Virus record (IMG/VR): IMGVR_UViG_2728369183_000008
Reading direction: 5' to 3' (one strand)
DNA length: 8,332 nucleotides
Origin: a virus
Taxonomy: Duplodnaviria > Heunggongvirae > Uroviricota > Caudoviricetes
The notes under the pieces are model-generated. The model saw only the letters and a list, made by a program, of their open reading frames with translations. It was not told the origin of the DNA and made no database searches. Positions 7,535 to 8,332 of the stretch are shown here, piece after piece (position 1 is the stretch's first letter; every line of letters starts with the position of its first letter). The position numbers and the translations under genes are program-made.

Positions 7535-8332
7535 ATGATTAAGTGGCCCTGGAAAGTACAAGAATCAGCACATCAAACTGCCCTTCCCTGGCAGGAAGCA
7601 CTATCGATCCCCCTTTTAACGTGTCTGACAGAACAGGAACAAAGCAAATTGGTCGCTCTTGCCGAACGTTTTTTACAGCAAAAACGGCTTGTTCCTTTAC
7701 AGGGCTTTGAGCTGAATTCATTAAGAAGCTGCCGGATAGCACTTCTATTTTGCCTGCCCGTTCTGGAGTTAGGACTGGAATGGCTGGATGGTTTTCATGA
7801 AGTCTTAATTTATCCTGCGCCATTTGTGGTCGATGATGAATGGGAAGACGATATCGGTCTGGTGCATAACCAACGTATTGTTCAGTCAGGTCAGAGCTGG
7901 CAGCAAGGGCCTATCGTTTTGAACTGGTTGGATATACAAGATTCTTTTGATGCTTCTGGTTTTAACCTGATTATTCATGAAGTCGCTCATAAGCTGGACA
8001 CCCGTAACGGCGATCGCGCCAGCGGAGTTCCCTTTATTTCGTTGCGTGAGGTTGCTGGCTGGGAACACGATCTTCATGCTGCAATGAACAACATTCAGGA
8101 AGAAATCGAATTAGTTGGTGAGAATGCGGCGAGCATTGATGCTTATGCTGCCAGTGATCCTGCTGAATGTTTTGCCGTACTTTCTGAATATTTCTTTAGC
8201 GCCCCAGAACTTTTTGCTCCTCGTTTCCCTTCATTGTGGCAACGTTTCTGTCAATTTTATCAACAAGATCCTTTGCAGAGACTGCATCACGCTAATGATA
8301 CAAACTCGTTTTCGGCGACGAATGTTCATTAA
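7535..8332 (+). CDS. mtfA: MtfA (Mlc titration factor A, zinc-dependent peptidase), 265 aa
   Basis: Translation [28 protein letters not shown]... with the HEVAH zinc-binding motif; recognised as E. coli MtfA (YeeI). Start chosen at ATG 7535, not the upstream in-frame ATG at 7496, to give the canonical N-terminus. Confidence 0.9.
   Translation: MIKWPWKVQESAHQTALPWQEALSIPLLTCLTEQEQSKLVALAERFLQQKRLVPLQGFELNSLRSCRIALLFCLPVLELGLEWLDGFHEVLIYPAPFVVDDEWEDDIGLVHNQRIVQSGQSWQQGPIVLNWLDIQDSFDASGFNLIIHEVAHKLDTRNGDRASGVPFISLREVAGWEHDLHAAMNNIQEEIELVGENAASIDAYAASDPAECFAVLSEYFFSAPELFAPRFPSLWQRFCQFYQQDPLQRLHHANDTNSFSATNVH

Noticed and set aside
6410-8077. Minor ORFs 6410..6658 (-), 6846..7058 (+), 7235..7501 (-), 7326..7511 (-), 7539..7823 (-), 7886..8077 (-)
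   Set aside because: Each is antisense to or overlapping the integrase, the tRNA or mtfA. Two of them run through the tRNA gene. Judged spurious.

Overview
This window reads as the integrase-proximal end of a degenerate lambdoid prophage inserted at the 3' end of tRNA-Ser(CGA) (serU), next to the host gene mtfA. All calls are from reading the sequence and from memory of protein families; no searches were run. Right block, + strand: a RecE-like exonuclease gene (3579..~6013, interrupted by a 95-N assembly gap), a DUF4224-type excisionase-like gene (6072..6275), and a lambda-family tyrosine integrase (6275..7299) that is split by a frameshift and carries an apparent Arg->Lys change in the HxxR box. 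The tRNA (7352..7441, - strand) and mtfA (7535..8332) follow. Left block, - strand: a translationally coupled pair of unknown genes, the upstream one cut by IS5; a small hydrophobic ORF in an AT-rich stretch; a complete Hok/Sok-type type I toxin-antitoxin locus whose toxin matches HokD as I recall it; an 83-aa Rem-like ORF; and a partial ORF running off the window. A full-length IS5 (2198..3392) sits between the two blocks with non-identical flanking tetranucleotides. No repressor, antiterminator or replication genes are present between the blocks, so I infer an IS5-associated deletion of the central module. I did not find a clearly novel system; the most interesting items are the apparently intact hok/sok locus and the RecE-like protein with a DEDD-type exonuclease C-terminus.
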